A DNA stretch of 37,403 bases from Thermoplasmata archaeon (GTDB lineage Archaea > Thermoplasmatota > Thermoplasmata > Lutacidiplasmatales > UBA184): assembly GCA_030040625.1 (NCBI GenBank), contig JASHTI010000076.1, positions 1-37,403 on the forward strand, written 5' to 3'. Within the stretch, counting starts at the first letter, position 1; the number at the start of each line of letters is the position of its first letter. The position numbers were made by a program, and so were the translations under genes. The notes beneath the pieces were generated by a model that worked only from the letters and a program-made list of their open reading frames with translations, searched no databases and was not told the DNA's origin. Shown here one piece after another: positions 33,823 through 37,403 of the stretch.

Positions 33823-34911
33823 CTAGAATCGCCGGGAGTAGACCTCAGCAAGGAATTGTGATCTAAGGCGGTACCGCCGACCGCGACGCTCTCCGCGAGC
33901 CTCCAGGATCCCAGCCGCCTTCAGCTCGTCCAGGGCAGCCCACAAGGCGGGCTGGCTGTATCTGGACGGATTGGGGTAATCGCTTCGGCTAAACCACTCG
34001 CCCGTTCCGCCGAGAACCCAGCGCAGGACCCTCCGGGTGCTCTCTCGGGTGAAGTCAGAGATCAACGGGCTCAGGTTGGCTTGCTTCGCAGCAGCCTTGT
34101 AGGCCTCCTTGGTTTGGGACGCGAAGTAGCGAGCCCACAGCGAGTAGTTCTCTCCCGAGTTTGTGGTTCCAAGGAACTCATAGTAGTTCTCGGAGGTCCG
34201 GAAGAACCGAGTATCCAGCGGAATCAGCGGGGCCTTCGAGCAGCCGAGATCTCTCAGAATGGCGATGTTCAGGAACCGCCCTACGCGGCCGTTGCCGTCC
34301 ATGAATGGGTGGATCGCCTGGAACTCTGCGAAGAACAACGCAGCCACGACGGGGGCGAGGTAGTCGTAGCGTGAGGAGCGGTACCAGTCAAACAGAGACT
34401 CGAGCTCCGGGATCGTTCGATGGGGGGGTGTCGGAGTGAAGCGCAGACTGCCCGAGCCTTCGTTGATGATGTAGTTCTGCTCGGGCTTCGTGACTCCAAC
34501 CCAATCGTCACGGAGGACTCCTTTGCCATCGTGGAGCAGCCCCGTGAAAAGGGTGTGATGAATCTCCTTCACTCCATCAACCGAGAGGTCGGGGAGGCGG
34601 TTGCCCGCTAGCCCGGAGTAGGCTCGAGCCAGTCGCGCTACGCCCTCTTCAGAGGGTGAGCCGGGTGCAGCTCCTGCTACGATCTCGCGAGCGCGATCGA
34701 GCTCCACTGACTCACCCTCGAGCCTGAAGCTGCTCACCGCGTTGCGCACCCTCGCCATCCCGAGAAGGATTTGGTGCAGCTGTGGCGAGAGCAACCGGGT
34801 TTCGAGGATTCCGTCCAGCCTCAGGCACTCCGTGGCAGGTGCGCCCACATCATCTCGCACCCTCAGGTTCGGATGGAAGCCGGCGGACGTGTCCCGCTTG
34901 GTCAGAGGCAT
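33823..34911 (-). CDS. Fic/DOC-family protein (class II, internal inhibitory helix) with a C-terminal winged helix
   Basis: Intact Fic motif HPFMDGNGRVGR at 34276..34311. N-terminal inhibitory motif SFRLEG, matching (S/T)xxxE(G/N), at 34714..34731. C-terminal ALWAALDELKAAGILEARGERRGRRYRL. Confidence 0.9.
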   Translation of the reverse strand: MPLTKRDTSAGFHPNLRVRDDVGAPATECLRLDGILETRLLSPQLHQILLGMARVRNAVSSFRLEGESVELDRAREIVAGAAPGSPSEEGVARLARAYSGLAGNRLPDLSVDGVKEIHHTLFTGLLHDGKGVLRDDWVGVTKPEQNYIINEGSGSLRFTPTPPHRTIPELESLFDWYRSSRYDYLAPVVAALFFAEFQAIHPFMDGNGRVGRFLNIAILRDLGCSKAPLIPLDTRFFRTSENYYEFLGTTNSGENYSLWARYFASQTKEAYKAAAKQANLSPLISDFTRESTRRVLRWVLGGTGEWFSRSDYPNPSRYSQPALWAALDELKAAGILEARGERRGRRYRLRSQFLAEVYSRRF

Positions 34912-35088
34912 CGTGAGTTATCAATCAGTAGACATATTTCAGGCTATCATAACTGGAGAAGTGGGAGGGCCGGGGAGTGGCACTCGCCAGCCCTGCCTCA
35001 TCCACGGCCATGCCCGCGCCAGCTTCTTGGCTCACCGACAAGCATCAAGAGACTGGTCCGATTCGAGGGTCAGCCGAGGGGCGTCAGA

Positions 35089-35670
35089 ATGCGCGAGGTG
35101 GTGCTCCAGATGCACATGACCCTAGACGGCTTCGCTGACAGCAGGGAAGGGTTTGTCCCCATAGGCGACCGTCACTACTGGAAGGAGGTCGACCAAGCCC
35201 TGCGCCTGACCGGCGCAGCCAAGACCGACACCCTTCTCTTGGGCAGGGGCACGTACAATCAGTTCAGTAGGTTCTGGCCAAAGACTCTCGCGGACCCGAA
35301 GAGCCCGAGGAGTTGGCGGGAGCAGGCGCGCTCGATCGTCGAGACGCCGAAGGTGGTCTTCTCTAAGTCGCTCCGCAGTCCCAAGATGAAGAACACCACG
35401 ATCGTCCGAGGCTCCCTGAAGTCGGAGATTCAGCGGCTCAAGAGGCGACCCGGGAAGAACCTGCTGGTGCTCGGGGGTGTCGCATTCCCCCGAGCGCTGA
35501 TCGAGGAAGACCTCGTGGACGAGTACCTGCTCGCGGTTGTGCCGATCATTCTCGGGCAGGGTGGGTATCGGCTCTTCGGTCCGCTCTCAAGAGCACGCAA
35601 CCTGCAACATCTGCGGTCCTGGACCTTCAGTAACGGGGTAGTGCTCCACCGCTACCGTCGGAAGCGCTAG
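35089..35670 (+). CDS. Dihydrofolate reductase-like (RibD C-terminal domain) family protein, paralogue B
   Basis: ATG at 35089. LQMHMTLDGFAD, DTLLLGRGTYNQFSRFWP, KVVFSKSL, LLVLGGVAFPRALIEEDLVDEYLLAVVPIILG. Clearly similar to 23176..23829. Confidence 0.8.
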   Translation: MREVVLQMHMTLDGFADSREGFVPIGDRHYWKEVDQALRLTGAAKTDTLLLGRGTYNQFSRFWPKTLADPKSPRSWREQARSIVETPKVVFSKSLRSPKMKNTTIVRGSLKSEIQRLKRRPGKNLLVLGGVAFPRALIEEDLVDEYLLAVVPIILGQGGYRLFGPLSRARNLQHLRSWTFSNGVVLHRYRRKR

Positions 35671-35746
35671 GCGGCCGGCCCTCTCCTGAGCCTTGGCACC
35701 AGCTACCAGCCGAAGGAGGCTCGCTGAGCCTCGGCCAACCCGGTGA

Positions 35747-37403
35747 TCAGCTGGCCGGGTTGGTGGCCTGCATGGGACGCCCGGCCTGGATCACCAGCAT
35801 GACGAAGCGTGGGTCCTTCCGGGCGGCGGCGAGCAACGGCGACAGACGGACTCGGACCGCCTGCAGGGTGTGGTTTTTCGCGGCGGCGACCATGTATTCG
35901 AAGTACTTGTCCAGGTCCCCGAGCGCGTGGTAGATGTACCCGATGGAGGACTGGCGGGAGGTCCCCTTCTTGAACAGTTGATCGAGCTTCGCGATCATAC
36001 TCACTGCGGCGTCGCGGTCCCCGCGCATCGCCGCAAGCACGCCTCGGCTGAGGAGCGCCGGATCGCTGTTCGGGGCAGCCTGCTCCAGTGCCAAGACCAT
36101 TCGGTGGGCTTCCTCGAGGTCCCCTTTCAGCATCGCGCACTCGGCGAGGCCCCGGTAGGCGTCGATCGGGTCCAGCTCGGTGTGCGCGCGCCAGTGGACG
36201 AGCGCCTCCTCGTACCGTCCCGAATTGAAGTAGGCCTCGCCCTGCCGACGAATCATCGGCGGGGAGAGCGGATCGAGCCGATAGGCCTCGTCCGCGAGGA
36301 GGGTGTACGATTCCATGATACCAAAGGAGCCCGCGAGCGAGCTCAGGATACTGTGAGCCTGCGCGAGGTTGGGGTTGAGCTCCAGCGCCCGACGGAGCTC
36401 CCGATCTAGAATCTCCGCGGGGGCGTCCGCCATGAACGCCAACTCCCCCAGGGCACAGTGTGCGTCCGCGAGGTCGGGGTCGAGCTTGCTCGCCCTCTCG
36501 GCGGAAGCTTTCCCCATCTCGATGGCGCCGGTCCAGGTCAGGTAGCCTTCCGTGCCCAGGTTGATGTACGCGCGGGCGAGGCCCGCATAGGCCCGGGCAA
36601 AGGTCGGGTCCGACTCGATCGCCCGCTGGAAGTGTTCCAGCGACTTCCGCAGCGACGGCTCGTCGGTCTTCCAGACCAATGCCTGCCCCTGCAGGTAGGC
36701 GAGGTACGCCTGGGTCTCCTTGGGGCGCTCGAGCTCCGGCACGGGCGCCTGGGGCTTGACCAGGCTTCCCGGCAACGAGGTGGCGACCTTGGTGGCGATC
36801 TCGCTCTGCACCGCGAAGATGTCGTCCAGGTCATCGTCGTACTTCGCGGTCCAGAGGTGCTCCTCCGTCCCGACGTCGATGACCTGCACCGTGACCCGGA
36901 TCTTGTTCGCAGCTCGGCGAACGCTCCCCTCAACTACCGTGCCGACGCCGAGCTCCTTCCCTATCGCGGCGACCTTCTTCTCGGCCTTCTTGTAGCCGAT
37001 GACCGATGTGCGGGCAATCACCTTCAGGCCCGGAACGAGCGACAGATTCGCGATCAGCTCCTCGGTCAGCCCATCGGCGAAGTACTCGTCGTTCGGGTCC
37101 GGACTGATGTTGGCGAACGGGAGCACTGCGATGCGTGTCTTGTCGGCCGTGTTCGAGGACCCATTGTTGGACTCCCCTCCGGTTCCGGCCCAGGACGGCA
37201 CCACACGGTAGACTTCGACCGGTGCGGCGACGCCCTTCAGGGATCGGGGCTCGAGCTTCTCGAACTGTTCGGTGACCTTGGAACGCACCTGATCGTAGAC
37301 GGCTCCGGAGACGCAGATCCCGCCCGGCTCCGCGAGTGGCTCGATCCGCGCCGCCACGTTCACCGCGTCGCCGAGTATGTCCTGCCCGGACTGGACGACG
37401 TCA
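35747..37403 (-). CDS. Class III adenylate cyclase domain (N-terminus outside window) + TolB-N-like module + TPR repeats, paralogue B
   Basis: The frame stays open to the window edge (..DVVQSGQDILGDAVNVAARIEPLAEPGGICVS). Then AVLPFANISPDPNDEYFADGLTEELI...VVEGSVRRAANKIRVTVQVID and TPR-like helices. Same architecture as 24800..26710. Confidence 0.85.
   Translation of the reverse strand, partial: DVVQSGQDILGDAVNVAARIEPLAEPGGICVSGAVYDQVRSKVTEQFEKLEPRSLKGVAAPVEVYRVVPSWAGTGGESNNGSSNTADKTRIAVLPFANISPDPNDEYFADGLTEELIANLSLVPGLKVIARTSVIGYKKAEKKVAAIGKELGVGTVVEGSVRRAANKIRVTVQVIDVGTEEHLWTAKYDDDLDDIFAVQSEIATKVATSLPGSLVKPQAPVPELERPKETQAYLAYLQGQALVWKTDEPSLRKSLEHFQRAIESDPTFARAYAGLARAYINLGTEGYLTWTGAIEMGKASAERASKLDPDLADAHCALGELAFMADAPAEILDRELRRALELNPNLAQAHSILSSLAGSFGIMESYTLLADEAYRLDPLSPPMIRRQGEAYFNSGRYEEALVHWRAHTELDPIDAYRGLAECAMLKGDLEEAHRMVLALEQAAPNSDPALLSRGVLAAMRGDRDAAVSMIAKLDQLFKKGTSRQSSIGYIYHALGDLDKYFEYMVAAAKNHTLQAVRVRLSPLLAAARKDPRFVMLVIQAGRPMQATNPAS
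37071..37123. repeat. Right copy of the inverted nucleotide match shared with 25361..25413
   Basis: See 25361..25413: exact 29-nt and 20-nt reverse-complement matches separated by 4 mismatching nt. Confidence 0.85.

Noticed and set aside
35671-35746. Small hairpins (ggctc-gct-gagcc and the repeated tgagcct) between the convergent RibD_C and cyclase B genes, as possible terminators or att remnants.
   Set aside because: The stems are only 5 bp, there is no oligo-T run, and there is no matching copy at the left edge of the low-GC block.
1-37403. CRISPR arrays, tRNA/rRNA genes, transposases, integrases and att-like direct repeats flanking the low-GC block.
   Set aside because: Reading all spacers longer than 100 nt turned up no regularly spaced repeats, cloverleaf-like sequences, DDE/tyrosine/serine recombinase motifs or matching edge repeats. 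A manual scan cannot exclude short or degenerate att sites.

Overview
This is a 37.4 kb, very GC-rich window holding about 44 protein-coding genes. I found no rRNA, tRNA, CRISPR array, transposase or integrase by eye. The host is probably a high-GC archaeon. The evidence is a COG1340-style coiled-coil protein, a YVTN beta-propeller surface protein, sequon-rich type-I anchored surface proteins, a DUF217-type VapB, an HFX_2341-like regulator, and TATA-like boxes about 25-35 nt upstream of several start codons. This assignment is inference and no search was run. All calls rest on motif-level recognition of the supplied translations plus manual reading of the DNA.

Nt 1-29,500 look like ordinary chromosome:
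- Methyltransferases, an FAD oxidoreductase and an HpcH-type aldolase.
- A CPA2 antiporter and an ABC-2 exporter.
- VOC/glyoxalase proteins, an alkyltransferase-like (ATL) protein and an M14 carboxypeptidase.
- An ArsR-AHSA1 operon, then AhpD-like, dienelactone hydrolase and DUF4242 genes.
- An MFS transporter.

From about 29.6 kb to at least 35.7 kb the G+C drops visibly. The genes there are almost all toxin or defence-type: vapBC, an antitoxin-like ORF with a RelE/ParE toxin, a Panacea(DUF4065)-like antitoxin with a PIN toxin, a small HNH nuclease coupled to a 60-aa two-TM protein, an HFX_2341/Csa3-like regulator and a class II Fic protein.

The HNH + two-TM + regulator trio is my best candidate for an undescribed system. 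Two paralogous class III adenylate cyclase/TolB-N-like/TPR proteins sit in inverted orientation, one well upstream of this block and one just past its right end. Each has a RibD_C (DHFR-like) paralogue beside it.
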